A DNA stretch of 64,000 nt from an uncultured delta proteobacterium (GTDB lineage: Bacteria > Desulfobacterota > Binatia > UBA9968), in the NCBI GenBank assembly GCA_963760795.1, contig CAVXEP010000018.1, positions 64,183-128,182 on the forward strand, given 5' to 3'. The notes beneath the pieces are model-generated. The model made no database searches and had not been told where the DNA came from. It saw only the letters and a list, made by a program, of their open reading frames with translations. How positions within the stretch are numbered: the first letter of the stretch is position 1; the number at the start of each line of letters is the position of its first letter. This document shows positions 21,359 to 31,340 of the stretch, in pieces. The position numbers were made by a program, and so were the translations under genes.

Positions 21359-22382
21359 ATGTCCAAGCCCGCTATGAAAGAACCGATGGACCGCACACAA
21401 CTGCACAAAAAATTTGCCGAGTTGGGGCTGCGCGGCTACTGGCAGAACGAGCGCAATGAGCAGCGCATGGAGCCGCGGCTGTGGCGTTGGAAAGAAATTT
21501 ATCCGGCATTGATGGAAGCCAGCGAGGTCATCAGAATCGGCCCCGACTCTTTTCGCCGCAACGTCGGCTTGCAAACCGGCAGCAAGACATTGGCCATGGG
21601 CTTTCAGATCGTCCTGCCGGGGGAGGCCGCCGCGGCGCATCGTCACACCAACACCGCGCTGCGCTTCGTCGTTTCCGGCGGCGGCGCCTACACGACGTCC
21701 AACGGCGAACCGATGGTGATGGCACCCGGCGATTTGCTGATCCAGCCCAACTGGGTGTGGCACGATCATGTGAATACTTCCAAGGAACCGATCATCTGGA
21801 TCGATGCCTTGGACGCCGGCCTGGTCAATTATCTCGACGCCCATATCTTTCGCGAAGAATGGGCCGAGGGCAAACAGCAGCCATTGACCCGCGGCCACGG
21901 CGCCGCCCGGCGACTCTACGGCCCGGCGCGCCAGCCGAAGGTGGACTACGAAGGCGCCGCCGGCGTTCCCTATCACTACAAATGGCAGGAAGCGTTGGAC
22001 GCATTGAAAGAACTCGGCGAGCAAGGCCTCCAAGACCCCTATGACGGCTTGTACATCGAGTACAAGAATCCCATCGACGGCGGCCACACCTTTCTCACCA
22101 TGACTTGCTACTTGCAGCTGCTCCAACCGGGACAAGAAACCCGCTTCCACCGCCACACCGGCACGGCCATGTACCACGCCGTCCAAGGCCGCGGCGTCAC
22201 CATCGTCGACAAAACCGAATCCAGTCGACCTCCAATGGGACGACCACGACAGCTACACCGTCCCTCCCTGGCGCTGGCACGCGCACAAAAATCTGTCAAA
22301 AACCGAGCCGGCGATCCTGTTCTCGTTCACCGACAGGCCGCTGCTGGAGATGACGGGACTGGATCGGGAGGAGAATGGCTAG
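21359..22382 (+). CDS. Gentisate 1,2-dioxygenase-like bicupin (paralogue 2), frameshift near 22217
   Basis: AHRHT, QPNWVWHDH, FHRHT. The alternative frame restores VPPWRWHAH...FTDRPLLE...TAG at 22382. Confidence 0.85.
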
Positions 22383-22600
22383 GCGACCTACCGAAATCTG
22401 ATCCTTCAAGCCGCGGCAGCTTGGCACACAGGAACTCCTTGCATTGGAATCGGCGCTAGCCTAGCCACGTCGGCTTTCGATTCTCGCTCATCGGCCACGC
22501 GACCTTGGAACTGTTTCTTGTCCTCAACGGGCACGACATTGGCGCATCCGATACTTCGCTCGAACCGTACTAAGACCTCCCAAAGATTGATATGACAAAT

Positions 22601-22876
22601 ATGAATCCTCACATTATCGACGTTGCCGGCTGGCTCCCAGCGATCATTTTCCCCGTCGCAACATTGATCCAGCTCATCGCCCTTTTGCGAAGTAACAGCC
22701 TTAAAGCTATAAGTCCGATGACCTGGACGGTGTTCGGCATCGCGAACATCTCGGTCTACATTTACACCGAGAAATATCTCGCGGTTCAAACGATTGTCGG
22801 CTTCTTAGGCACGGCGCTGTTGGATTTCATGATCGCCGCGATGGCAATCAAAGGACGCGCGCCAGAGAAGACATGA
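22601..22876 (+). CDS. Small 3-TM membrane protein, SemiSWEET/PQ-loop-like
   Basis: Three hydrophobic helices and an IS..TW motif; PQ motif divergent. Confidence 0.55.
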   Translation: MNPHIIDVAGWLPAIIFPVATLIQLIALLRSNSLKAISPMTWTVFGIANISVYIYTEKYLAVQTIVGFLGTALLDFMIAAMAIKGRAPEKT

Positions 22877-22900
22877 TTCGACTGAGTCAGGGTGCGAAAG

Positions 22901-22936
22901 ATTTGAACTTTTTGAAGGCCTTGAACGATTTGAACG
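22901..22936 (+). repeat. 9-bp TTGAACGNY tandem array
   Basis: ttgaactttttgaaggccttgaacgatttgaacg. Confidence 0.65.
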
Positions 22937-22946
22937 CCCCATGGCT

Positions 22947-24713
22947 TTATTGCGCCAGGGTCGCGCCGATCCACTTCCGCCCGGCGATGACGAATATCAA
23001 ATTGAATGCGATCAAAACCACTAGCATCGCCGCGGAGGAATTGAAGTGTCCGCCAACAAAGGACTCGTAGATGACATTGGCCACAACGACGCTGCCGGCC
23101 GACGCCAACATCAAGGCCACCGAGAAGTCTTTCGCCGCGTGCACGAGCACCCATAGCCAGCCGTTCATGAAGGCGGGAAAGAGCAAGCGCAGGGTAATCC
23201 GCCAGAAGGTTTGAAAACTTCCGGCGCCGCTGGTGTGGGATACTTCTTCCAGTTCTTTGTGAATCTGTAAAACCGCTGAGTGCATTAGACGGGTGCCGAA
23301 AGCCAGGTAGCGCGCCAGGAACGCCAGCGTGATCAGCGCCAAGGTGCCATGCAACGGCGTGCCGACGAACATCAGGAACAACGCCAAGGTCGAGATCACC
23401 CCGGGAATCGCCAGCGGCATGAAGGCCACCAGATTGATCGCCTTGCTCAACGGCGACGGATGGCGCACCACCAGCCAGCCGATGAAACTCACTAGCAGCA
23501 TGGTCAACGTCGCCGCCAGCAAGGCGACGATCAATGTGTTGACGAAAAACCTGCCAAAAAAACGATAGTCGAACAGCCGCTCGTAATGAATCAAGGTCCA
23601 CTTGATGTCGGGCAGATACTCGGCGATAGGCGGCACATAGAAGCGGAGAAAGCTTGCGTAGAGCAGCACGGCGAAGGGCAGGACAACTTTGATAATAACG
23701 AACAAACCGATGGCGCCCAGAGCCAAGTACTTCCACCGTCCGAGCTCGATGATTCGCGGCCGATACCCCTTACCGGTTACAACCGCGAAGTCCGATGCTC
23801 GGCGGACCAGATGGTGATAAAGAAATGTCCCGGCCACGCCCATTAGAAGTCCGAGGAGTCCGAACGCTGCCGGAATTCCGTAGTTCACGCCGAGATCCGC
23901 GGTCGGCGCCAGGCTGAAAAAGATTTTCGTTGCCAACACCTCAATGCCCGCCGTCGGTCCTAAAGCGAGCGGCAACTCCAGACTTTCGAGACCGCTCAAA
24001 AAAAAGTATATCGCCACCGCCGCAACGCCGGGACGCATGAGCGGCGCGGTGATTGTTCGTAGAGTACGCCAGCGCCCGGCACCGGCGGCCGACGCCGCCT
24101 CTTCGAGCACCGGGTCCATGCGCCGCAAAACAGCCGTCAAAAACAGCCACATGGTCGGCACCATGCCGAGGACGTGAACAAAGATCAGCCCCGGCAGGCT
24201 ATAAATATTGAACGGCCCCTCCGCGGCCTCGCTGCCGGTCATCGCGCGTAGATAAACGTTGATGGTGCCGCCGCGCGGACCCAATAATAGAACCCAGCCC
24301 AGGGCGGTGGCGAACACCGGCGTGCTCATGGGAATGAACATGAGTACGTACATGGCGTTGCGCAACGGCATGTCGGTGCGCTCGGTGAGAAAAGCGAAAC
24401 CGAACGCGATCGGCAGCGCGAATACGACGCCAAGCCCGGCGTAGATCAAAGTGTTGCGGATGATCGGCAGCAGATCGCTGCCGCCGTAGGCCTGCGCGTA
24501 ACCTTGAAAAGTAAACACGCTCGACGCAAACGGCATCACCCCAGCGGGACGAACGCTGGCGAGCAACATGATTAACAGCGGTACGATGACGAGAACCGTG
24601 AGGACGATGAGAACTAAGATCGAACCGGTAGATTGGAAATCAAGCCAACGAACTAAGAAGTCACGCGGACGCCCGATCACGCCCCGCGTAGCGAGTTGTT
24701 GCGTTGCATCCAC
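22947..24713 (-). CDS. ABC permease, FbpB/ThiP type (two fused modules)
   Basis: TERTDMP and two EAA motifs (LEEAASAAGA, LEEVSHTSGA). Confidence 0.9.
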   Translation of the reverse strand: MDATQQLATRGVIGRPRDFLVRWLDFQSTGSILVLIVLTVLVIVPLLIMLLASVRPAGVMPFASSVFTFQGYAQAYGGSDLLPIIRNTLIYAGLGVVFALPIAFGFAFLTERTDMPLRNAMYVLMFIPMSTPVFATALGWVLLLGPRGGTINVYLRAMTGSEAAEGPFNIYSLPGLIFVHVLGMVPTMWLFLTAVLRRMDPVLEEAASAAGAGRWRTLRTITAPLMRPGVAAVAIYFFLSGLESLELPLALGPTAGIEVLATKIFFSLAPTADLGVNYGIPAAFGLLGLLMGVAGTFLYHHLVRRASDFAVVTGKGYRPRIIELGRWKYLALGAIGLFVIIKVVLPFAVLLYASFLRFYVPPIAEYLPDIKWTLIHYERLFDYRFFGRFFVNTLIVALLAATLTMLLVSFIGWLVVRHPSPLSKAINLVAFMPLAIPGVISTLALFLMFVGTPLHGTLALITLAFLARYLAFGTRLMHSAVLQIHKELEEVSHTSGAGSFQTFWRITLRLLFPAFMNGWLWVLVHAAKDFSVALMLASAGSVVVANVIYESFVGGHFNSSAAMLVVLIAFNLIFVIAGRKWIGATLAQ

Positions 24714-24823
24714 CTTTCACCGCCGACAAGAAATATATCGTTGCTTTAAAGAGTTGCCAGCATCACGGGTTTCACTCTATGCCTGCTACACTTGAACGGC
24801 TTGAATCCTGCAGGACAAGCGCT

Positions 24824-25979
24824 TTATCTCGTGATCTTCTTCTTACTGGCAATGCCATCCTTCAACGCCTGGATGGCGATCTTGCGATATTCGCTTGCCT
24901 TCTCCGCGTCTTCTTCCGTCTTGGGCCCAACCACCTGTTCCATCTTGGTGACGCCGTTCTGGCGCGCCAGACGCGTCAGTGGGAGAAACTTCTCTTCCTC
25001 GGCAAACAACCGAAACGCACCGGCGCCGGAGATCTGCGCTTCCGTGTAGGTGCCGTCGAATGCGTCCCAAGCCCAGTACAGCGCGGTCATGTGAGCATCA
25101 TTCACCGGCGGCTTGATCAAACAAGTGACCGTCGAATTGCCTAGGACAAACTCGGCAAACGCGATGTCCAGCGGCGCGCCGAGCTTTTTCTGCGGCAACA
25201 CCCAGCTCATCGACACCATGCTGACATCACCTTCGCCCTGGATCAGCGACTGGATCAAATTCATGCTGCCGCCGGCGACCATCTTGGTGCCGTTGGCGCC
25301 CAAGTTGTGCGCGAATGTTTTCATGCGCTCGACATCCCACCCCGGCGCGAAGGGCAAAGCGAACAACCCCAACGCCTGGGCGTCCCATAGCACGCGATTG
25401 CGCCAGCGTTCGCCGGTCAGATCTTCCAACTTAACGCCCTTGAGCTCCGCCGCTTTGACCCGCCGTGTATTGTAAACCAGCGACCAGTTACCCATTTGCG
25501 CGTGCATGCAATGATCGCTCAACACCGTGCCGTCCGGCCCGCCACCGATCTGCGGCACCACCGAGCGCAATTTTTTCGCCAGCGGCCATCCCTCGTAAAT
25601 CGCGTCCCAGGGCGGCCGGCGCGTGTTGCCGGCGCGGAACATGCCAAGGATCAGCGGCGTTCCTCCGTCCCACGAGTCGATCACACCGCGCCCCGACTTC
25701 GCTGACTCGATGACTTTCACCGGCATGTCGCGATGATGGCCGGGCTGGGATTCGAGTTTCACCGGAAAGCCGAATTTCTTTTCGAAGGCTTTTTCCTTAC
25801 CGCGAACTACGTCCGGCTCGGTGGCCTCGAGCGCCAGCGTTACCGTCCGGCTCGACGCCTTAGCCTTGGCGATCAGATCTTTCAAATTCGCCGAATCGCC
25901 CGGCGCGCCCTGAGCGGCAAGAATCAGCGTGGGCGCCACCAGATAGAAACAGAGCTACAAAATAATATTTCATCTTCAT
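24824..25979 (-). CDS. ABC substrate-binding protein, Fe/thiamine-type; frameshift in signal peptide near 25940
   Basis: AFEKKFG, LVYNT, LIQGE. Signal MKMKYYFVALFL lies in the adjacent frame; adjacent to the permease. Confidence 0.75.
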
Positions 25980-26041
25980 GGCAGGTCTCCCATTCTTTCC
26001 CCCGTTTACGGTCTCGCTCCTTCGGTGATGAGACACGAGTC

Positions 26042-26150
26042 CCGTCATGCTCGGACAATCGGCCATCCAGACCATCACCACCTGGATACCGTTTTTCAAC
26101 GGTATGACGGACGCTGTCCGTCATCTGGATTCCGCATCCGCGGGATGACG
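26042..26150. repeat. GTCAT...ATCCAG-type palindromic repeat cluster
   Basis: 26080..26123 is an exact reverse complement of 32632..32675. Confidence 0.75.
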
Positions 26151-26192
26151 AAAAATTTCCCGCATCAACAACGGTTAGAATCACCAGCTTGT

Positions 26193-27440
26193 TTATCCCG
26201 ACAGCCGCGCATCGAACTTTTCGATGCTCATCCCCTGCATCGCCTGGCCATAGCGGTCGAGATCGGCGCTGGCGTCCAGGTGAAAATATTTAACCGCGTT
26301 GTCGAGCACCATCTTTTGTCGTTCGAGGGCGGCCACGCCGACGAAGGTTTCAGCGAGCATCCGTTGCGAGTTAGGCCAGTCGCCGGTGGCATGGGCGAAG
26401 TCGCTGCCCCAAAGCAGAATATCGACGCCGATCTCGTGGCGGCATTTGATGCCCCAGGCATCGCGCATAAAACCCCACAGGCAGTGCTCCTTCAAATACT
26501 CGCTCGGCCGCCGCTTCGGCCCTGTGAAAGCGAAATCGCGCTCACCCCAATAGCGGTTGCGCTCGTAGTTGTCGTCGATCTGATCGAAGCTGTAGGGCAG
26601 CCAGCCGCACTGGCTCTCGGCCCAGTAGATTTTCAGGCGAGGAAAGCGGTCGAAGACGCCCGCCATCGCCATCTGCAACGGCGCCATGGGCTGCTCGCCG
26701 GCGAAGCGAAACAACAGCGACACTGGATCGCGTTCGCCGCCGCCGGGCTTGACCAACGTGCGCGGGTACTGAAAGACGCCATCGTTTTTCGCTCCGAGCC
26801 GGGTCGTGCCGCCGTTGGTATGGGAAGTCACGCAGATGTCGAGATCGAGGGCAGCGGACCAGAACTTGTCGTCGTCGGCCGTGACGTAACCTTTGCCGTT
26901 CGGGAAACGGTGGAGATTGACGCCCTTCAATCCAGCCGTGGCACAGTAGGTCATCTCGGCGATGGCGTCGTCGACGCCGGTGTCGGGGATCACGCCCATG
27001 CCGAGCAAACGATGGGGATTGTAGGCGCAGTATTCTTCGGCAAGCCATTCGTTATAGGCGCGGATCATCGCCTTGTAGGCATCATCGTCAGCGATGCCGC
27101 GCCAAAACTCGGCGTAACTGCCGTGCGAGTAGAGAACCTCCGCATCGACACCGTCTTGATCCTGCTCCCATAGCCGTTGCTCGGGCGCGCCAGTCCCGGG
27201 TCCTTCGAACCAATATTTTTGCAGGCCGTGCTTTTCGTAGGGCAGTCCCGTAATGGTGGTCGCCCCCGGACTACGCGGCGGCCGGTTCTCGACGAGAATC
27301 CCCTCGTTGCCGTTGGCGAGGATCACCGTGCGCGGCGCCCGTTCGCGCCAGCGCTTCGGCACCCGCGGCGTCCAGCGCTCGGGGCGAATGTCGAGATGGG
27401 AATCACTGGAAATACATTGGTAATGGCGGGGCATTGACAT
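26193..27440 (-). CDS. Amidohydrolase_2 family protein
   Basis: SSDSH, GVFDRFP, WGSDFAH; GAGGAGG RBS. Confidence 0.9.
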   Translation of the reverse strand: MSMPRHYQCISSDSHLDIRPERWTPRVPKRWRERAPRTVILANGNEGILVENRPPRSPGATTITGLPYEKHGLQKYWFEGPGTGAPEQRLWEQDQDGVDAEVLYSHGSYAEFWRGIADDDAYKAMIRAYNEWLAEEYCAYNPHRLLGMGVIPDTGVDDAIAEMTYCATAGLKGVNLHRFPNGKGYVTADDDKFWSAALDLDICVTSHTNGGTTRLGAKNDGVFQYPRTLVKPGGGERDPVSLLFRFAGEQPMAPLQMAMAGVFDRFPRLKIYWAESQCGWLPYSFDQIDDNYERNRYWGERDFAFTGPKRRPSEYLKEHCLWGFMRDAWGIKCRHEIGVDILLWGSDFAHATGDWPNSQRMLAETFVGVAALERQKMVLDNAVKYFHLDASADLDRYGQAMQGMSIEKFDARLSG

Positions 27441-27472
27441 TACCTCCTCCTCAGTGCTCTCGGATAATTATC

Positions 27473-27632
27473 CCGCAAAGGCGCAAAGACGTTAAGTGAC
27501 CGGGCACCACCCGTCATCCCGAGTGGAGCCGGAATTCGTCTTGGGATTTTTTTTTGCGTCCCTTATTGCGTTCTTTGCGGCCATTCTCCTTTTCGGTTGC
27601 GGCTTCGCCGCGCTAGGCTCTTTGCGGTTAAT
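27473..27632. repeat. CGCAAAG-unit palindromic repeats plus TTCGGTTGCGGC element
   Basis: cgcaaaggcgcaaag...ttgcgttctttgcggcc...ctttgcggtta; relatives at 30069-30244 and 61741-61765. Confidence 0.6.
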
Positions 27633-27680
27633 GTTTCCTAATCCGAATGTTTGTCTAACCGTCCAAATGGAAAACCCTTA

Positions 27681-27802
27681 TCACGTTACGGCCGGCATCG
27701 CGTAGCACTCATCTTCCGGCACGCCGGCACCCGATGGGTCCAGCGATCCGGCGGCAGATCCAAATGCGCATCGCCGGAAATAATCTTGTACGTCACCGCC
27801 AT
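27681..27802 (-). pseudogene. Internally deleted amidohydrolase remnant
   Basis: RBS plus MAVTYKIISGDAHLDLPPDRWTHRVP joined out of frame to a C-terminal-type GVPEDE. Confidence 0.75.
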
Positions 27803-27820
27803 TACATCTCTCTCCGAATC

Positions 27821-27862
27821 CTCAACGATTTGAACGGCTTGAACGTTTTGAACCCATTAAAT
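27821..27862 (+). repeat. 9-bp TTGAACGNY tandem array
   Basis: caacgatttgaacggcttgaacgttttgaaccc. Confidence 0.7.
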
Positions 27863-27863
27863 T

Positions 27864-30059
27864 CTAAGTCGTCAGTTTCTTATAAAGCTGCGGCAAGCGC
27901 CGCGGCAACAAACTCACATCGGCCAATACTTCGTAACTGAAGTCATCCATCATGGTGCGCAAATAATCGTTGCCGTCCTTATCCACAGTCAGACAAAATG
28001 GATGAATGCCCTCGCGCCGCGCCTCGATCATCGCCATGCGCGTATCCTGCACCGCGTGAGCCTTCTCGGCGCCCTCTTGAGAATAGCCGCGATCCTGCGG
28101 CCGGCCGTCGCTGATCAAGAACAGAAATTTCGAATGGCTCTGCTGTTTGCGCAGCTTCGCCGTGGTATGGCGGATCGCCGGACCCATACGCGTGGCGTGG
28201 AGCGGACCGATGCGGCCGAAGCGTTTGGCGATGTCCATGGAAAACGACTCTTCTATATCCTTGATCACGTAGAACTCGACGTTGTCGCGGCCATGGCCGG
28301 AGAAACCGTAAACCCCGTAGCGGTCGCCGATCGCCTCGAGGGAATCCATCATCAAAACAATCGCCTCTTTCTCGACGTCGATGATGCGCCGCTGCGAGCG
28401 CTCCGCGCCTGGCGCGTTGCCGGGGAGCGGTTTGTCGCTGGCGGTCTTGATCGCCTCACCCGTCGAGCCGCTCATGTCGATCAAGAAAGCCACCGCGACA
28501 TCGCGCTCGATCTTATGATGGCGCCAGAAGATTTTTTCCGAAGGACTGATGCCGATACGGAAGTCGGTCAGCGCCTCGATGGCCAGGTCGAGATCGTGAT
28601 CCGAACCTTCCGGCAAGCGTTTTTCCTTGTGATAGAGTTCCGGCACCACCTGCTCGAACTCGCGGCGAATCTGCTGCGACAAACCGGCGTGGCTCAACAA
28701 CGTCTCGCGGTAAAAGGTCAGATCGCCGCTGCCCAGGCTTTTCTCGTAAACCTTGCACCAGCGTTCGCGATATTTACGCGCCGCGGCGTCCCATTCGTCG
28801 TAGATAAAAGTATTCGGCTGAGTCGCCGACAACGGCCCGGAGTCGTCATCGTTACTGGGCGACGGCCGGCGCGTCACGCTCTGCATGCGCGGATCGCGCT
28901 GGTCGAGTTCCTTCAAGAGGTTCTGCACCATCTGGCTGGTCTGGGGATCCTGCTCGTCGCCGTTATCTTCGCCGTCGCGCGGTTTGGGCGCGCGCTGGCT
29001 GCGCAGCAAATCCGCCAGCTCTTCCGGCGTCAGAGATTTGCGCTGCTCGCGCGAATTGGCCTGCGCCTTGGTCAGCAACTGCGCCAGCTCCGGGCGAAAC
29101 TCGCCGCGGTAATCGACCCCCTGCGGCGCCAGATATTCTCGCTCACGCCCAGTCAATTCCGGCAGCACCGCGATTTCTTCTTTATCCTCCCAACGGTTTG
29201 AACGACTTGAACGTTTTGAACGGCTTGAACTCTTATCTGCCAGCTCCAGAAAGATGAACTGCTCTTCAGCCAAGTAGTCGTTTTTGACCCGCGCCAAGCG
29301 CGCATAGATCCGTAATGTCGCTTCCGCGGCGTCTTCCACCGTGGCGGTTTTGCCGCCGACGAGCCGCATCATCGCCCGGATATCGCGGGCAACGGCCGCC
29401 TGCTTCTTGGGGACTTTGATGCCATCGGCGCGGCCTAGACTGAGCCGAATCATAAATTCCAACAGCGCTTCGCGGGCCGGCAGATAGATCGATTCCTGGC
29501 GTAGCGCCAGCGTGCGCCCACGCATCGCGCTGTAAGCGACGGCGATGCCGCGGTATTCCAGCATAATGCGCGCTTCGACGCGCGCGCTCTCGACGATGGA
29601 GAAAATGTCCAGCGCCAGCCGCTTATTGGGGAATAGGCGAAAAAACCGCGTCAGCTCGGTGACCGCGGCCTGCTCGTGATGCCCTTCATGGCCATGATCG
29701 TGGTCGTGATATTCCGCCGGCGCTTTAAACTGCGGCCGCAGATCGGTGAATTGCGTCGACGGCCGCTCGAACTCGAACTCAAAGCTGCCGAACTCGAGAT
29801 GGCCGGCCTGCTGGGTGAGCATGACTTTGAGATAATCATAGTTCTCAGCCTGGGCGTCGAAGCGCTCGACGACAGCAGGTAGAAAAATCGCCGCCCCGTC
29901 GCTGGTGGCGACATCGCTCTTCGACCAACCGATGTTCTTATCGACAAGCTGCTGCAGATCCTGCAGCTCGACGCGCCGCTCGGTCAACGCATGGCAATAA
30001 AACCCCAACATCTCACGGATCGGCGCCAGCTCAACGGCAGGTGAAATGATCGCAGACAT
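27864..30059 (-). CDS. CbbO/NorD-family VWA adaptor protein
   Basis: YDEWD..., MIDAS LIDMSGST, TRMGPAIRH, ISDGRPQD, LPQLYKKLT; His-rich HDHDHGHEGHH. Confidence 0.9.
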   Translation of the reverse strand: MSAIISPAVELAPIREMLGFYCHALTERRVELQDLQQLVDKNIGWSKSDVATSDGAAIFLPAVVERFDAQAENYDYLKVMLTQQAGHLEFGSFEFEFERPSTQFTDLRPQFKAPAEYHDHDHGHEGHHEQAAVTELTRFFRLFPNKRLALDIFSIVESARVEARIMLEYRGIAVAYSAMRGRTLALRQESIYLPAREALLEFMIRLSLGRADGIKVPKKQAAVARDIRAMMRLVGGKTATVEDAAEATLRIYARLARVKNDYLAEEQFIFLELADKSSSRSKRSSRSNRWEDKEEIAVLPELTGREREYLAPQGVDYRGEFRPELAQLLTKAQANSREQRKSLTPEELADLLRSQRAPKPRDGEDNGDEQDPQTSQMVQNLLKELDQRDPRMQSVTRRPSPSNDDDSGPLSATQPNTFIYDEWDAAARKYRERWCKVYEKSLGSGDLTFYRETLLSHAGLSQQIRREFEQVVPELYHKEKRLPEGSDHDLDLAIEALTDFRIGISPSEKIFWRHHKIERDVAVAFLIDMSGSTGEAIKTASDKPLPGNAPGAERSQRRIIDVEKEAIVLMMDSLEAIGDRYGVYGFSGHGRDNVEFYVIKDIEESFSMDIAKRFGRIGPLHATRMGPAIRHTTAKLRKQQSHSKFLFLISDGRPQDRGYSQEGAEKAHAVQDTRMAMIEARREGIHPFCLTVDKDGNDYLRTMMDDFSYEVLADVSLLPRRLPQLYKKLTT

Positions 30060-30068
30060 GGGAGGATT

Positions 30069-30244
30069 GGCCGCAAAGAACGCAAAGTTCGCAAACTATG
30101 AATTGCTAACAACCTTCGCGCTCAATCTCGTCCTCGTGCTCTTCGCGTCCTTCATGTTGAATAGCAAGTCTCTGTTGGATCTCTAATTGCCGGTTTGCCG
30201 CTTATTAAGATTCTTCGTTTGCGAGCTTTGCGTTCTTTGCGGCC
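30069..30244. repeat. Inverted CGCAAAG-unit repeat element
   Basis: ggccgcaaagaacgcaaagttcgcaaa ... tttgcgagctttgcgttctttgcggcc. Confidence 0.8.
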
Positions 30245-30262
30245 ATTCTGTCTTTGGTATTC

Positions 30263-31159
30263 TCACGGGAAGATTGCCGTGACGACTTCTTCTAAACTTC
30301 GCTGCACTTGCGGGTCGTCGGTGATGCCCCAGGTGACCGCCACCTGGCAGGCGCGGCGCGGCGCGATGCCTTCCTTGATCAAGCGGCCGGCGTAGATCAA
30401 TACGCGCGTGCTCGCGCCCTCTTTCAAACCATGCTCGCGCAAGTTGCGCACCTTGTGGCCGAGCTTGGCCAGTTGCACGGCATTCTGCTCGTCGACGCCC
30501 GATTCATGCTCGATAATTTTCGCCTCGCGCACGCTATCCGGGAACTGAAAGTCGAGAGCGACGAAGCGCTGGCGCGTGCTATGTTTCAAATCCTTGAGCA
30601 CGTTCTGATAGCCGGGGTTGTACGACACCACCAGCAAGAAATTATCCGCCGCTTCAATGACTTCGCCCAACTTATCGATCGTCAACAGCCGGCGATGATC
30701 GGTCAACGGATGAATGATCACGGTCGTGTCTTTGCGCGCCTCGACGATTTCGTCGAGATAGCAAATCCCGCCGACCCGAACCGCCCGCGTCAGCGGCCCG
30801 TCGATCCAGCGCGTGCCCTTGGCGTCGAGCAAATAGCGCCCGACCAGATCGCTGGCGGTCAAGTCTTCATGGCAGGCCACGGTGACCAGAGGCACCGCGC
30901 CGTTGCCAGCGACGTCGCCATTCTTCGCACCTTTGGCGCCGTCTTTGACGATGCTCAACGGCTGGCCCAGTTTCCACGCCATGTATTCGACGAAGCGTGT
31001 CTTGCCGGTGCCGGTGGGGCCTTTGAGTAGTACCGGCACGCGCTGGCGGTACGCCGCTTCGAAGATCTCCACCTCATCGGAGCTCGCCACATAAAACGGC
31101 TGCTCCTTGACGATATACTCTTCAATCCGGTACTGCTGCGCTGATGGCTGGGTCGACAT
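30263..31159 (-). CDS. CbbQ/NirQ/NorQ-family MoxR AAA+ ATPase
   Basis: KGPTGTGKTRF, ACHEDLTASDLVG, CYLDEIVEAR, SYNPGYQ, STRQRF. Confidence 0.95.
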   Translation of the reverse strand: MSTQPSAQQYRIEEYIVKEQPFYVASSDEVEIFEAAYRQRVPVLLKGPTGTGKTRFVEYMAWKLGQPLSIVKDGAKGAKNGDVAGNGAVPLVTVACHEDLTASDLVGRYLLDAKGTRWIDGPLTRAVRVGGICYLDEIVEARKDTTVIIHPLTDHRRLLTIDKLGEVIEAADNFLLVVSYNPGYQNVLKDLKHSTRQRFVALDFQFPDSVREAKIIEHESGVDEQNAVQLAKLGHKVRNLREHGLKEGASTRVLIYAGRLIKEGIAPRRACQVAVTWGITDDPQVQRSLEEVVTAIFP

Positions 31160-31194
31160 TCGATGGTTTCACTCTCAAAAAATTGATTTCAAAA

Positions 31195-31311
31195 ACCGTA
31201 ACCGATGGCCCAAGCCGTGTCAAACCAGTGGTTGGCGTGACAGCCAAGGCGCCGCCCCCTAGACAAGATCAATGCGGCGCGTTGACACTCCGCTCGTTCT
31301 AACGATAGATT
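31195..31311. promoter_or_regulatory. Putative divergent sigma70 promoters for the cbbQ-like gene and the bicupin
   Basis: Minus strand TTGACA(31223)-17 bp-TACGGT; plus strand TTGACA(31282)-18 bp-TAGATT. Confidence 0.45.
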
Positions 31312-31340
31312 AGCCAACAAATTCGCTCGAGGAGAAAAAC

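Noticed and set aside
21191-22186. N-terminal extension of the 655-aa ORF 20219..22186
   Set aside because: It is the antisense shadow of the bicupin; the aldolase starts at 21190 after an RBS.
22406-22789. 127-aa minus-strand ORF
   Set aside because: It overlaps the better-supported membrane protein gene and shows no recognisable domain.
27864-31159. Carbon fixation or denitrification locus
   Set aside because: No Rubisco, PRK, nor or nir genes are present in the window.
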